Sequence record: PQ724392.1
Strand: one strand, 5' to 3'
Origin: a phage
DNA length: 64,000 nt
Positions within the stretch are counted from its first letter, which is position 1, and each line of letters begins with the position of its first letter. A program made the position numbers and the translations under genes. The notes beneath the pieces were generated by a model. It was not told the DNA's origin. It was given only the letters and a program-made list of their open reading frames with translations, and ran no database searches. Shown here in pieces: positions 8,556 to 17,915 of the stretch.

Positions 8556-9566
8556 TTAACGATAATAGGAATTGTGGTTGTCAAGATATACCTCTTCAAC
8601 AAACTTGTCCCAGAACTTCATGTCCACCTTCGCAGGCATACCGTTCTTAGCAGCCTGGATGGCCAGGACTTCAACTTCATCAACAGTATTTTCCAACAGG
8701 CCTTGAACTACTTTGAAAGGCATATCACCAGCTTTTATTGCTTTAATAATAGAAGCGTTTTTGAGCGGATAAACCAGGTCACCAGTTTGATAGATTTCCT
8801 TCAGCTGATATCCAGCTCGATAAGCATGGCTCAGAGCTTTCCAGTCAATACCTTCATTCGCTTCAGCCTTACGAGCACGTTCACCATATTCGGCATCAAG
8901 TTTATTCAGAGATTGCTTGAGCTCGATTAATGACAAAGTAGTTTGGTATTTACGACCGAGAATAGTATAGAACGTTTGAGGACCTGTTTTCTCATGGTTA
9001 TGAAATATCCATTCACAGAACTCGTTTTCAGGGAGTCTGTGTTTGATATCTTCTACCTTAGTACGTCGTTGCTTAGTAGAACCATCTTCTTGATAATCGA
9101 CCCATTGTTCAGGAATCTGGTTAACAATTTCCAATACACCACGCAGTGCAGCCAATCGAGAACCTTTAACACCATATTTGGAAGCTTGCTTACGGACGTA
9201 CCCCAAATAGGCTTTCATGTTAGTTGTATAGAACCGTGAACGGTTGTCCTGAATAAACTTCCATACATCTGGTAAATCGGATTTGACTACCAGGTCAGCC
9301 GGGGTGTGAATCATATCCAGAGCAACGGTTTCGCCATCGGCCGCCAGTTTAAAGAAATATTTCAGACTATAAAGTTCATGGTCAACATCATCTTTTGTAT
9401 TTTTGGTAGCCGTGTTATTCGTGTTCAGGTTTGTATGATTCATCGCGGTTCCGAGCAGGATATCTCGCGGATGTGGAACAAAGATTTCTTTAAAATCGAC
9501 ATCAGATTCTGGGGTACTTGTTCCATAAAGATGGCTACCGAAGTAGCCTTTCATAACTGTTCTCAT
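8556..9566 (-). CDS. nucleotidyltransferase-fold protein (Pol-beta/MNT-like motif)
   Basis: 336 aa; N-terminal YFGSHLYGTSTPESDVDF (GS, 10 residues, DxD) then helical region. Confidence 0.6.
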   Translation of the reverse strand: MRTVMKGYFGSHLYGTSTPESDVDFKEIFVPHPRDILLGTAMNHTNLNTNNTATKNTKDDVDHELYSLKYFFKLAADGETVALDMIHTPADLVVKSDLPDVWKFIQDNRSRFYTTNMKAYLGYVRKQASKYGVKGSRLAALRGVLEIVNQIPEQWVDYQEDGSTKQRRTKVEDIKHRLPENEFCEWIFHNHEKTGPQTFYTILGRKYQTTLSLIELKQSLNKLDAEYGERARKAEANEGIDWKALSHAYRAGYQLKEIYQTGDLVYPLKNASIIKAIKAGDMPFKVVQGLLENTVDEVEVLAIQAAKNGMPAKVDMKFWDKFVEEVYLDNHNSYYR

Positions 9567-10015
9567 TTCTTCGCCTCAAAATGGATTACTGGGCACATCT
9601 TAGATTTACGAGCTTTGATATATTGAATGAAAACATTTTCTTTAATTTCCTTTCCTTCACGTTTAGCTTTAATGCGTTCCCATTCTTTTTCTTCTTTACG
9701 TAAATCGTACCAGGCCCATAAATTCATTAGACCATACATTAGACCAAATGCTACCGTCAGAATAAGAGCCAGTGTAGCTAGTCCTAAAATAAACCCTAAA
9801 CCTAAACCGACCGGGGTGCTTAATACAAAGAAATGCTCTAATACACCTGCGCCCGCGACAGTTAATCCAAAAACCATACTACCGATAAAAACGGCACAAA
9901 CAAAACAAGCCCAAACCATTTTCCAGAAATAAGCACACAAAGAGTGTGGACGAGAATGACGGTCATAAAAACGGTCGTGGAAACGAGCGTGCCATGAGTT
10001 TGTATTGATAATCAT
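9563..10015 (-). CDS. membrane protein (2-3 TM) with charged C-terminal tail
   Basis: 150 aa; ATGA-coupled to the downstream nucleotidyltransferase gene. Confidence 0.55.
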   Translation of the reverse strand: MIINTNSWHARFHDRFYDRHSRPHSLCAYFWKMVWACFVCAVFIGSMVFGLTVAGAGVLEHFFVLSTPVGLGLGFILGLATLALILTVAFGLMYGLMNLWAWYDLRKEEKEWERIKAKREGKEIKENVFIQYIKARKSKMCPVIHFEAKK

Positions 10016-10026
10016 AATAATTTTCC

Positions 10027-10587
10027 TTAAGAGTTCATAGTTGGGATAACAGAGTTCAGATAAGAGACTAAAACTTTTAGCTCGTCCTTAGTAAATACCA
10101 CTTCACTTTCGCCGTCATGTCTTTGGACAATAGATAACAGGTCACGGCCGTTATGTTGATGCACAGTTAATTCAGTATTATAATCTAGTTCTTCTTCATC
10201 GCCTTCAAACGTTTCACTAGAGCGAATCAGTGCATCTTGTCCCGGAACTTTCCATTCAACTTCCGGTTTACATTCTTCCTGGAAGAGTTTGAAAATACAA
10301 TCAAAGAATTTATCAGAATCGCTAATGCTCAGGCATTCTATACCATTTTCCAGATTAAACCCATTTTCATTTTTATAGATATAAGCGTATAGCTCATCGT
10401 TAATATCGACAGGAGCACTGTTACGTCCATTGAGATAGTCAGCTCTATCCAAAACCATTAAATCATAAAGTGGTTTAATATCTTGGATAGTCAGTACGAT
10501 TTTATCGTCTTCTTGACAAAGCTCAATTGCGTTATTAACCACTTCAGCAGTCAGTTCGCCAAACAATTCAGTTGTTTCAATAATCAT
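10027..10587 (-). CDS. hypothetical acidic protein
   Basis: 186-aa ORF. Confidence 0.55.
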   Translation of the reverse strand: MIIETTELFGELTAEVVNNAIELCQEDDKIVLTIQDIKPLYDLMVLDRADYLNGRNSAPVDINDELYAYIYKNENGFNLENGIECLSISDSDKFFDCIFKLFQEECKPEVEWKVPGQDALIRSSETFEGDEEELDYNTELTVHQHNGRDLLSIVQRHDGESEVVFTKDELKVLVSYLNSVIPTMNS

Positions 10588-10597
10588 TTTCTGTTCC

Positions 10598-10813
10598 TCA
10601 ACGGTTATGTTTTAAAATACTATAAAGCGCTTCTACTTGGCTTGCATCCAGGTAAATAACATCATCATCTTGCTCAATGGAAATCCCACCGGTATTACCT
10701 TTAACAAAATTACATTCGCATACTTCAACTGGGCGGTATACGTCACCAACTGGATGCTCAGGCTCCAGAACAATCACACCATTTTCAGAATTACCGCTTG
10801 GGTCATATAACAT
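10598..10813 (-). CDS. hypothetical protein (start trimmed)
   Basis: ATG at 10813 with GAGGAAAA RBS. Confidence 0.4.
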   Translation of the reverse strand: MLYDPSGNSENGVIVLEPEHPVGDVYRPVEVCECNFVKGNTGGISIEQDDDVIYLDASQVEALYSILKHNR

Positions 10814-10904
10814 TACATTTTCCTCACTAACCACGAAAAGAATAAACCGATTAAAATAGGACCTATAATCATTGTTGACCAAGCCCAGGGTTCTAAGTAA
10901 TAAA

Positions 10905-11162
10905 TCATCTCATGCTCCTGTGCCAACAATTTCTTGGTTCACGTTTAAAAATTTCATCATGCATTGATTGACAACCAACACAATATATCACACCTTTAAT
11001 CGCTTGTCTCCGCGCTTCAGGAATTTTTTCGTCGCAGTCAAAACAGAATTCAGCAGACTCCCTTTCAACTGCAACTTGTGCTCGTGCGTGAACGATAGCG
11101 GCTTGGACAACCGCTTCCATCTCTAACTGTTCAGCACCATCTTTTGTAAATCCAACAGCCAT
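10905..11162 (-). CDS. DksA/TraR-family C4 zinc-finger protein
   Basis: 85 aa; CFDCDEKIPEARRQAIKGVIYCVGCQ fits the TraR/DksA zinc-finger pattern. Confidence 0.6.
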   Translation of the reverse strand: MAVGFTKDGAEQLEMEAVVQAAIVHARAQVAVERESAEFCFDCDEKIPEARRQAIKGVIYCVGCQSMHDEIFKREPRNCWHRSMR

Positions 11163-11344
11163 TATGCTTTCAACTCATTCAGATACTCAACCATGGCTGC
11201 TTTAGAGTTAGCCAAATCTCGTTTACACTGCTCTATTCCGGAATATGAATAGCCTTCACAATGTTCGACTGCAATATCATAAGAATCGCGTTCAATAGCA
11301 GTAGCAAGTTTAAGGATTTTTTCAATCTGTTCAGTAGTTAACAT
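11162..11344 (-). CDS. hypothetical protein
   Basis: 60-aa ORF. Confidence 0.45.
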   Translation of the reverse strand: MLTTEQIEKILKLATAIERDSYDIAVEHCEGYSYSGIEQCKRDLANSKAAMVEYLNELKA

Positions 11345-11348
11345 AATA

Positions 11349-11585
11349 TCACCAGTATTTTTTGATGGTAGAAATTAATTCTTGAGCTTGAGTGGTCTTC
11401 AGCTTACACCCACAACCCTTTAAGGTATCTTTAAGGAGCCATGGCTCCTTGAGCTCGTCCTTTTCCAGTCGGATTCTATATCCGCGGTAATCAGCAAATA
11501 TGCTTCCGTCATCAAATATCTTAATTTCAAGAATATGATTATTGGTTTCATATTCTAATGAAACCATGGTATTTGTAAGTTTCAT
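11349..11585 (-). CDS. hypothetical protein (start trimmed)
   Basis: ATG at 11585 forms TAATG junction with upstream ORF. Confidence 0.45.
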   Translation of the reverse strand: MKLTNTMVSLEYETNNHILEIKIFDDGSIFADYRGYRIRLEKDELKEPWLLKDTLKGCGCKLKTTQAQELISTIKKYW

Positions 11586-11791
11586 TATTCCACCACATAT
11601 GATAATGAGAAAATTGCCGATGAAAGATGAGTAGCATCTTCTTCGCACAGTTCAAATGGAGCTTTCTGTAAGAGTTCAACCACTTCTTCATCAGTGGCAC
11701 TGTCCATAAAGATTGCATAATCATTAAGATAGATAACAACCTCATCACCAGTATTAACTGCATCAATCTTGATATTTTTAATTCTCATCAT
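11585..11791 (-). CDS. hypothetical acidic protein
   Basis: 68 aa; GAGGAG RBS; promoter upstream. Confidence 0.5.
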   Translation of the reverse strand: MMRIKNIKIDAVNTGDEVVIYLNDYAIFMDSATDEEVVELLQKAPFELCEEDATHLSSAIFSLSYVVE

Positions 11792-11816
11792 GTTCTCCTC
11801 AGTAGTTGATGGGATA

Positions 11817-11846
11817 ATAGTACACCCTTTTTATGAGGATGTAAAC
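11817..11846 (-). promoter_or_regulatory. early promoter (GTTTAC, 18 nt, TACTAT)
   Basis: minus-strand reading. Confidence 0.45.
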
Positions 11847-11858
11847 CCCCTAAATGAA

Positions 11859-11886
11859 AAAAGGTCCACCCGAAGGCAGACCTTTT
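11859..11886 (-). terminator. rho-independent terminator
   Basis: GC stem with TTCG-like loop followed by U-run on minus strand. Confidence 0.5.
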
Positions 11887-11889
11887 GAA

Positions 11890-12273
11890 TTACTCTAGTG
11901 TTAACAGATACTTAGTCTGAAAGAAAACTCCAACGATATCGTCCAGAGTCGATTGAATAGCCTTAGGTACAACTTTATAGACTCTTTCCGAGCTTTTAAT
12001 CATTTCATCTAAAAACAAAATTGTATCTTTCGGCAAGTCCGAGGCGGACGGTAATGCAGCTTTGTATTGTTTCCCGCTGTAACCTAACCATTGCTCACTG
12101 AACTGGTCGAGTGGACCTTGGATTTCTGTGAAGTAGAAATCATAAGCTTTATGGCGGGCGTAACTTTTGGTTTCAAGATGGGCAGATTTAAAATAAGCCA
12201 AAGAGACTAACAACCACCCAATATATGAATCCACCTCAGACCCACGACCCGTTACGAAATCATCAAATTTCAT
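11890..12273 (-). CDS. hypothetical protein
   Basis: 127-aa ORF. Confidence 0.5.
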   Translation of the reverse strand: MKFDDFVTGRGSEVDSYIGWLLVSLAYFKSAHLETKSYARHKAYDFYFTEIQGPLDQFSEQWLGYSGKQYKAALPSASDLPKDTILFLDEMIKSSERVYKVVPKAIQSTLDDIVGVFFQTKYLLTLE

Positions 12274-12556
12274 CTTCCAATTTTACCTTCATTAATTTAG
12301 CGTATTCGACTGCAGCAGCACGGCCATCAATTTGACATGTGATTTCATTTACACATTGGCTCTTATTGTTCCATTCAGTTTTAATAAAAGCCCAAAATTG
12401 TTCGGACTGCTCGACGCTTGGTTCTTTGAATTGCGAATAGATTTGCATCGCACTATCTGCATACTGGGTAAATTTACCATCTGTCGCAGAGGACATATTT
12501 GGGCCTAAACAGCCCATTAGTAATAGACTTAGAGAAAGTCCTCGAATAAGGTCCAT
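12263..12556 (-). CDS. rI: Lysis inhibition regulator rI-like membrane protein
   Basis: 97 aa from ATG 12556; signal-anchor plus C-terminal similarity to remembered T4 RI; sits next to tk. Confidence 0.65.
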   Translation of the reverse strand: MDLIRGLSLSLLLMGCLGPNMSSATDGKFTQYADSAMQIYSQFKEPSVEQSEQFWAFIKTEWNNKSQCVNEITCQIDGRAAAVEYAKLMKVKLEDEI

Positions 12557-12630
12557 AAAGGACTCCTTATTGTTGGTCATGATTACGCTTTGCAGCCTTA
12601 ACATAGCGGAATACTAGTTAGTAACTGTAT

Positions 12631-12906
12631 TTATAATCTTTTAAATTTGAAACAATACATTGCAAATAAATCAGAAAAATGTCTATCAACCCATATTCTT
12701 TGCACTGGACTAGTCACAGTCAGCATATAATGTGATTTTTGTAAATTTATTCCATTTTTATTCGGGCATTCTTTATTAACAGAATGGTACGTGCTTGCTA
12801 CTATTTCAATTTCCCTTTCATATCTCTCGCTATCTGTTTGTGTGGGAATAAATGCAATTCCAGCAATAACAAAAATAGAGATATACGTCCAAACCTTGTA
12901 TACCAT
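12631..12906 (-). CDS. membrane-anchored hypothetical protein
   Basis: 91 aa with N-terminal hydrophobic helix. Confidence 0.5.
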   Translation of the reverse strand: MVYKVWTYISIFVIAGIAFIPTQTDSERYEREIEIVASTYHSVNKECPNKNGINLQKSHYMLTVTSPVQRIWVDRHFSDLFAMYCFKFKRL

Positions 12907-12913
12907 GCGAACC

Positions 12914-13486
12914 TCAGCTTGTTAATTCGAGCCAATGTTTTCTGCATAAAGATACGTACGATTCATTCCCACCGACTAACACTTGCTCGCCGTCCTTTAC
13001 AGCAGCACCGTCGATTACTCTCGCGGTCATGGTTGCTTTCCGGCCGCAATGACAGACGCCCTTTAATTCAACCAGTTTATCCGAAATAGCCAGAAGTCTG
13101 GCTGAACCGGGAAATAATTGACCCCGAAAATCTGTTCTTAACCCGTAACACATAACGGGGATATTGTAATTATCAACCACTTGAGCTAACTGGTCAATTT
13201 GCTCTGGTAACAAAAATTGAGCTTCATCGACCAGGACGCAATGGATATCCTTTTGAGACTCGGCCCATTTATAGAATTCAAACAGGTTCATGTCGGCCGT
13301 TACCAGGTTTGCTTCCTGGCTAATACCAATACGTGATTTAATTTCAGATTCCGAGTCCCGATTATCAATAACAGGTTTTAGCAAAAGCACACTCATTCCA
13401 CGCTCTTTATAGGAATAAGCTGCAGTCAGCAATGAAGCTGTTTTGCCTGCATTCATTGCTGCGTAATGATAAATTAAACTCGCCAT
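12914..13486 (-). CDS. tk: Thymidine kinase
   Basis: 190 aa; P-loop AMNAGKTASLL; zinc-ligand Cys in C-terminus. Confidence 0.9.
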   Translation of the reverse strand: MASLIYHYAAMNAGKTASLLTAAYSYKERGMSVLLLKPVIDNRDSESEIKSRIGISQEANLVTADMNLFEFYKWAESQKDIHCVLVDEAQFLLPEQIDQLAQVVDNYNIPVMCYGLRTDFRGQLFPGSARLLAISDKLVELKGVCHCGRKATMTARVIDGAAVKDGEQVLVGGNESYVSLCRKHWLELTS

Positions 13487-13495
13487 ATCACCTTC

Positions 13496-13681
13496 TTAAA
13501 GCGTATTCACATAAGCTATTAATTCGTTTTCTTTCGCATCAAATCGATTAGCAAATTCTTCCTGATGTTCGGCATCTATCGGACCATATTCATCGTAAAA
13601 AGCGTTTGCTTCTGTATGCTCATCCAAAAGCTCATGGATAAGCTCAAACAATCTACTTTTCTGACTAATACTTAAACTCAT
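13496..13681 (-). CDS. hypothetical protein
   Basis: 61-aa acidic ORF. Confidence 0.45.
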   Translation of the reverse strand: MSLSISQKSRLFELIHELLDEHTEANAFYDEYGPIDAEHQEEFANRFDAKENELIAYVNTL

Positions 13682-13884
13682 TTCGGTTCACCATATCGCA
13701 CAAATTTAGGATGTTCGCAATAACCAGAATGAAAACCTTCACCCTTATGATTAGAACATCCTTTATTAGAACAGTACCACCAGTAATCAAATTCACATTC
13801 CATTTCGTCGTTGCATAAAGCTGCGATTACTGGCCATTCGCATTTTTCACATTTGGCCGTTTTAAGAATTCGGGCTTGGCTCAT
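13678..13884 (-). CDS. Cys-rich small protein, probable zinc binding
   Basis: 68 aa; CEKCEW, CSNKGCSNH, CEH motifs. Confidence 0.5.
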   Translation of the reverse strand: MSQARILKTAKCEKCEWPVIAALCNDEMECEFDYWWYCSNKGCSNHKGEGFHSGYCEHPKFVRYGEPK

Positions 13885-14078
13885 AATTCAATTCCGTCCA
13901 TAGCCAAAATTCTTTTTCGTTGGGCCTTGAGAGCTTCATTAGCCCGGTCATAATCTTCTTGACTACCGCTAGGCTGTAAAGCCGCTACTTTTTTGGCCAA
14001 GTGAATAAGCTTATCCAAGTTTTCAACAATACGTTCTTGTTCTTCATTCAGGCTCATAACCATTGCACCTTTAAGCAA
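13881..14078 (-). CDS. hypothetical protein
   Basis: 65-aa ORF. Confidence 0.45.
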   Translation of the reverse strand: MLKGAMVMSLNEEQERIVENLDKLIHLAKKVAALQPSGSQEDYDRANEALKAQRKRILAMDGIEL

Positions 14079-14266
14079 TATTCTTCTACATGCTGTTTAC
14101 GTTTATTTTTATCTATAAAAGTATATTCAACAAATGTTCCAATATAGTCTTTATCTACATCATGTGGACTATTAATTGGGCATTTAGTACGGCAAATGCG
14201 TTCCCATTGACGAATAATTTCCACCTTGTTTTTAGGGTCAAACGGATGCGGGTAATGTGCTTTCAT
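14054..14266 (-). CDS. hypothetical protein
   Basis: 70-aa ORF. Confidence 0.45.
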   Translation of the reverse strand: MKAHYPHPFDPKNKVEIIRQWERICRTKCPINSPHDVDKDYIGTFVEYTFIDKNKRKQHVEEYCLKVQWL

Positions 14267-14717
14267 AATCCACCACTATTAAATCAATATCAGGAGTAAA
14301 CATGTCGATTAATTTAGAAACCTTTTCCCAATCTCCACCTGCAATACCACAACCAATGCGAGGAATGTAAATTACCGGTTTAAACAAAAGGGTTTCTGCT
14401 TGTAGATTTAATTCTATCATACAATTTACTAAAGCACCATAATCAAGATTAGGGCCCGGTTCATATTGGGTGTACAAATTATAACACATACCAAACCCAG
14501 TAGGTTTATGTTTAAAAACAATAGACATATCGCCTAATTTATCACGAGAACCATATTCAGTGGTGGTTTTATCTATTTCTAAAACTTTTGGATAGGCCTT
14601 CGCCAACTGTCCAGCTACACCAGAACCCATTGTGTGAAAGCAGTTGCAACCATGAGCAATAATATTGCCTTGAAGAAAGAGGGCGACGATATCGCCCTTA
14701 ATATACTGGGTAATCAT
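14238..14717 (-). CDS. macro-domain protein (predicted ADP-ribose binding/hydrolase)
   Basis: 159 aa; AHGCNCFHTMGSGVAGQL and IGCGIAGG motifs resemble macro-domain signature. Confidence 0.6.
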   Translation of the reverse strand: MITQYIKGDIVALFLQGNIIAHGCNCFHTMGSGVAGQLAKAYPKVLEIDKTTTEYGSRDKLGDMSIVFKHKPTGFGMCYNLYTQYEPGPNLDYGALVNCMIELNLQAETLLFKPVIYIPRIGCGIAGGDWEKVSKLIDMFTPDIDLIVVDYESTLPASV

Positions 14718-15073
14718 TTAGAGTTCAATCCTCTATTATATGAATCCACTAACCTGTCAACCATACTGGTGCAGGCCGCCTTATATTTTGCACTTGAAAG
14801 AATGCAATCCATTTCAAATAATTTCTTTTCATATTTGTTGGATAATACATTCTTTTTCAAAAGTGTATGTTCAACATCATTTTGGCCATCTTTATATGCC
14901 GCGGTGAGCTTGGCACTGAACTGGATTATACAATCCACATTGCTTGCTGCGCAATAATCTTTGGCCGTCCTCGTTGCATATTCTATGATGCTGTTGTTGT
15001 CGTCGCTCTGTACTGAAGCTATTCCTCCCGTGCTGAATACTAACCCTATGGCTAAAGTGATAACTCTTACCAT
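14714..15073 (-). CDS. secreted/periplasmic hypothetical protein
   Basis: 119 aa with signal peptide; four Cys. Confidence 0.5.
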   Translation of the reverse strand: MVRVITLAIGLVFSTGGIASVQSDDNNSIIEYATRTAKDYCAASNVDCIIQFSAKLTAAYKDGQNDVEHTLLKKNVLSNKYEKKLFEMDCILSSAKYKAACTSMVDRLVDSYNRGLNSK

Positions 15074-15075
15074 TT

Positions 15076-15618
15076 TTAATCCACCGTTTTTAATAGGCCT
15101 CGTGATTTTAAGTAGTTAGCTTTTTCTAGGACCTGTGAAGCATACGTATTACCAGCTTTCACATTCCATCCTGCGTTATATGATGATAGTGTTTTCCTTA
15201 TATCCCCCTTATGAATATTCAACCAGTATGAAAGCTCAATGTAAGCCCAGCGTGCACTGTTCTCTCTCTTGCTTATCATCTTGATTATTTCTTTATCTGT
15301 CATTGTCCACCCAACCTGTTTCACGCGTTCGCGCACGGTTGGAAGATAATTTTGGAATATACCATATGCATGATGCTTATCTTTATTTAATCCAGTATTA
15401 ATCCCAGCAGAACTCTCCTGCCAGGTTAAACCAGCCATGATATATCCCAAACCATTATGTTGGTGCGGATTTTCTTTGTACTTACCATTTTTCTGGAACT
15501 GTTCTCCAAACGCATAAGCATATTGGAGGTTTTCCATTTGTTCATTACTGAAAGTAGGCTCTACGCTATGGGCAGACATACTAACTGTCAATAGTAAGGT
15601 GGCGATTACTTTTTTCAT
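15076..15618 (-). CDS. secreted lytic transglycosylase-like protein (T4 vs.1-like)
   Basis: 180 aa; signal peptide; GLTWQESS...AYGIFQ SLT-type motif. Confidence 0.7.
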   Translation of the reverse strand: MKKVIATLLLTVSMSAHSVEPTFSNEQMENLQYAYAFGEQFQKNGKYKENPHQHNGLGYIMAGLTWQESSAGINTGLNKDKHHAYGIFQNYLPTVRERVKQVGWTMTDKEIIKMISKRENSARWAYIELSYWLNIHKGDIRKTLSSYNAGWNVKAGNTYASQVLEKANYLKSRGLLKTVD

Positions 15619-15628
15619 GAATTCCCCA

Positions 15629-16087
15629 TTAGATATAAATCACTTTTGTGCTAATTTTTCCTTCCAGACGATTAGAGTTAACAAACGCCATACGACAACA
15701 CATGGTCGGAGACTTCCCAGGAATAGCGGGGTTAACTGTCATTCCTAACCACAGGTTCTTGTCTGTAATTTCCAGACGAAGTGGACGGTAGTTCACATTC
15801 GGGTCAATTTGTGCTTCAACTTCCGGGAGTGGTTTCATCTCCAAGAATTCAACGATTTCTTTTACATGTGGTGTGATTTTTCCAAACAAGTCAAAAACAT
15901 ATTGTTCATCAATTTCACGTTGGATTGCACGGTCCAACAGATGTGGACTGTACTTAATGAAGAATGCCTCAAGGCCTGCTTCTTTACAAGCCTTGTTGAT
16001 AGCATTATTAATTTTGAGGAACTCCGTTTCAAAAATGCGACGAAGTTTATTGCGGCGAATGTAAACACTTGAATCGATAGTAGTCAT
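15629..16087 (-). CDS. regB: Endoribonuclease RegB
   Basis: 152 aa from ATG 16087 (AAAGGAG RBS); strong similarity to remembered T4 RegB. Confidence 0.85.
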   Translation of the reverse strand: MTTIDSSVYIRRNKLRRIFETEFLKINNAINKACKEAGLEAFFIKYSPHLLDRAIQREIDEQYVFDLFGKITPHVKEIVEFLEMKPLPEVEAQIDPNVNYRPLRLEITDKNLWLGMTVNPAIPGKSPTMCCRMAFVNSNRLEGKISTKVIYI

Positions 16088-16114
16088 AATTATCTCCTTT
16101 TGTTTGATGGGATA

Positions 16115-16143
16115 ATCATAACTCATTTCAATCTGCTTGTACA
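16115..16143 (-). promoter_or_regulatory. early promoter (TGTACA, 17 nt, TATGAT) upstream of regB
   Basis: minus-strand reading; -35 overlaps upstream stop codon. Confidence 0.45.
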
Positions 16144-16723
<580 letters not shown>

Positions 16724-16727
<4 letters not shown>

Positions 16728-16942
16728 TTCACTTCCTCATCAGATGCATTATCATATTCTACCAAACGAAGGCCATCATATCCGCCACGAACAGAGATAT
16801 ATGTACTCGGATAAACAATTTCTTTACCATTCCATTGGCCACCGTCCCAACATTCCATAAAGCCTTGTTCGCCCTGTTCGTGGAACCAGTCAACAAACAT
16901 CTTCAGAGCTTCTTCAGAACCTTCAATAGTCAATTTAGACAT
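16724..16942 (-). CDS. hypothetical protein
   Basis: 72-aa ORF. Confidence 0.45.
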
Positions 16943-17231
16943 ATTTTTTCCAGTCAGAAATCATATGAATCTCTTGGTCATACGTCAAGAGACTACGAGT
17001 TATAATGCCCTTACAAGGCCCTGAGATGAACTCGAGGGTGAAGTAAGGAACCTGTTTCATTAATCGGATACTAGGAGCGTGGCATCTAAAACGAGAGCCC
17101 TTAAAGGGCCCTGACATGAATACATATTCTAATGGATAGAAATAAGCATATTCAAAATTTGTAGTAAGGTCCTCTCTTCGGACCTTACGTGAGAAATAGC
17201 AGAACTCAAAAAGTTCTTCATCAGTCATCAT
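16935..17231 (-). CDS. hypothetical protein with internal duplication
   Basis: 98 aa; FMSGPFKGSRFRC / FISGPCKGIITRS repeat. Confidence 0.5.
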   Translation of the reverse strand: MMTDEELFEFCYFSRKVRREDLTTNFEYAYFYPLEYVFMSGPFKGSRFRCHAPSIRLMKQVPYFTLEFISGPCKGIITRSLLTYDQEIHMISDWKKYV

Positions 17232-17755
17232 TGCATTCCTATCACAAAGAACAGTGGCAGAGGTTTAGAACCTTGGCACATAAATTTATTCATCATTGTC
17301 TGATAAGCTTCATAGAACTTATCCATCGCTGGTAGGCGAATAGGCTCTTCAATAATAATCAATAATCGGGTAACAGACAGTCCACGATATTTGTGAAAAT
17401 GATCTTCATCTAAAAATGAACGAACAGTATCATATACAACAAAACCAGGTCGTTCAACATTAAGATGTGGCTGTGCTTTAGAAACCCGCTTTATTATATC
17501 ACAGATTTCTCGTGAGCGATGCGAAGAACTCGACATAACAATTACATCATTACCCTTAGAAACCCAATCCGCAGCGAACTGCGCAATGGCACTTGTTTTA
17601 CCTGTTTGTCTTCCGCCGTCAAGTCTAAGAGTACCAAACTCTTGCATTCTTGAAGCGGGTTCATACCAGGTGTATTGGTCTGAATCTAAGCGTTCAATGG
17701 CGCGTTCAGCGAAGGCGTGCATTAAGGTTAGATAAATTGGAGTTAAAAATTTCAT
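17228..17755 (-). CDS. P-loop NTPase-like hypothetical protein
   Basis: 175 aa; GGRQTGKTSA Walker A-like and LLIIIEEP Walker B-like. Confidence 0.55.
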   Translation of the reverse strand: MKFLTPIYLTLMHAFAERAIERLDSDQYTWYEPASRMQEFGTLRLDGGRQTGKTSAIAQFAADWVSKGNDVIVMSSSSHRSREICDIIKRVSKAQPHLNVERPGFVVYDTVRSFLDEDHFHKYRGLSVTRLLIIIEEPIRLPAMDKFYEAYQTMMNKFMCQGSKPLPLFFVIGMQ

Positions 17756-17915
17756 AGTTGCCTCTTAGTTGTGGGGCCGTTCCTTGGCACATAATTCATC
17801 CGTGTATCCGTATGTAAACCCCTTACCGCACTTGGGCTCGACCTTATTACAGGTAGGGAAAGGTCCATCACTCAGAGGACGCGACGTTCATGAGGAGAGG
17901 GCCGGCTTGCCTTTA

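Noticed and set aside
8397-8930. 177-aa plus-strand ORF
   Set aside because: Fully antisense to the nucleotidyltransferase gene and the small basic ORF; TTG start, no RBS.
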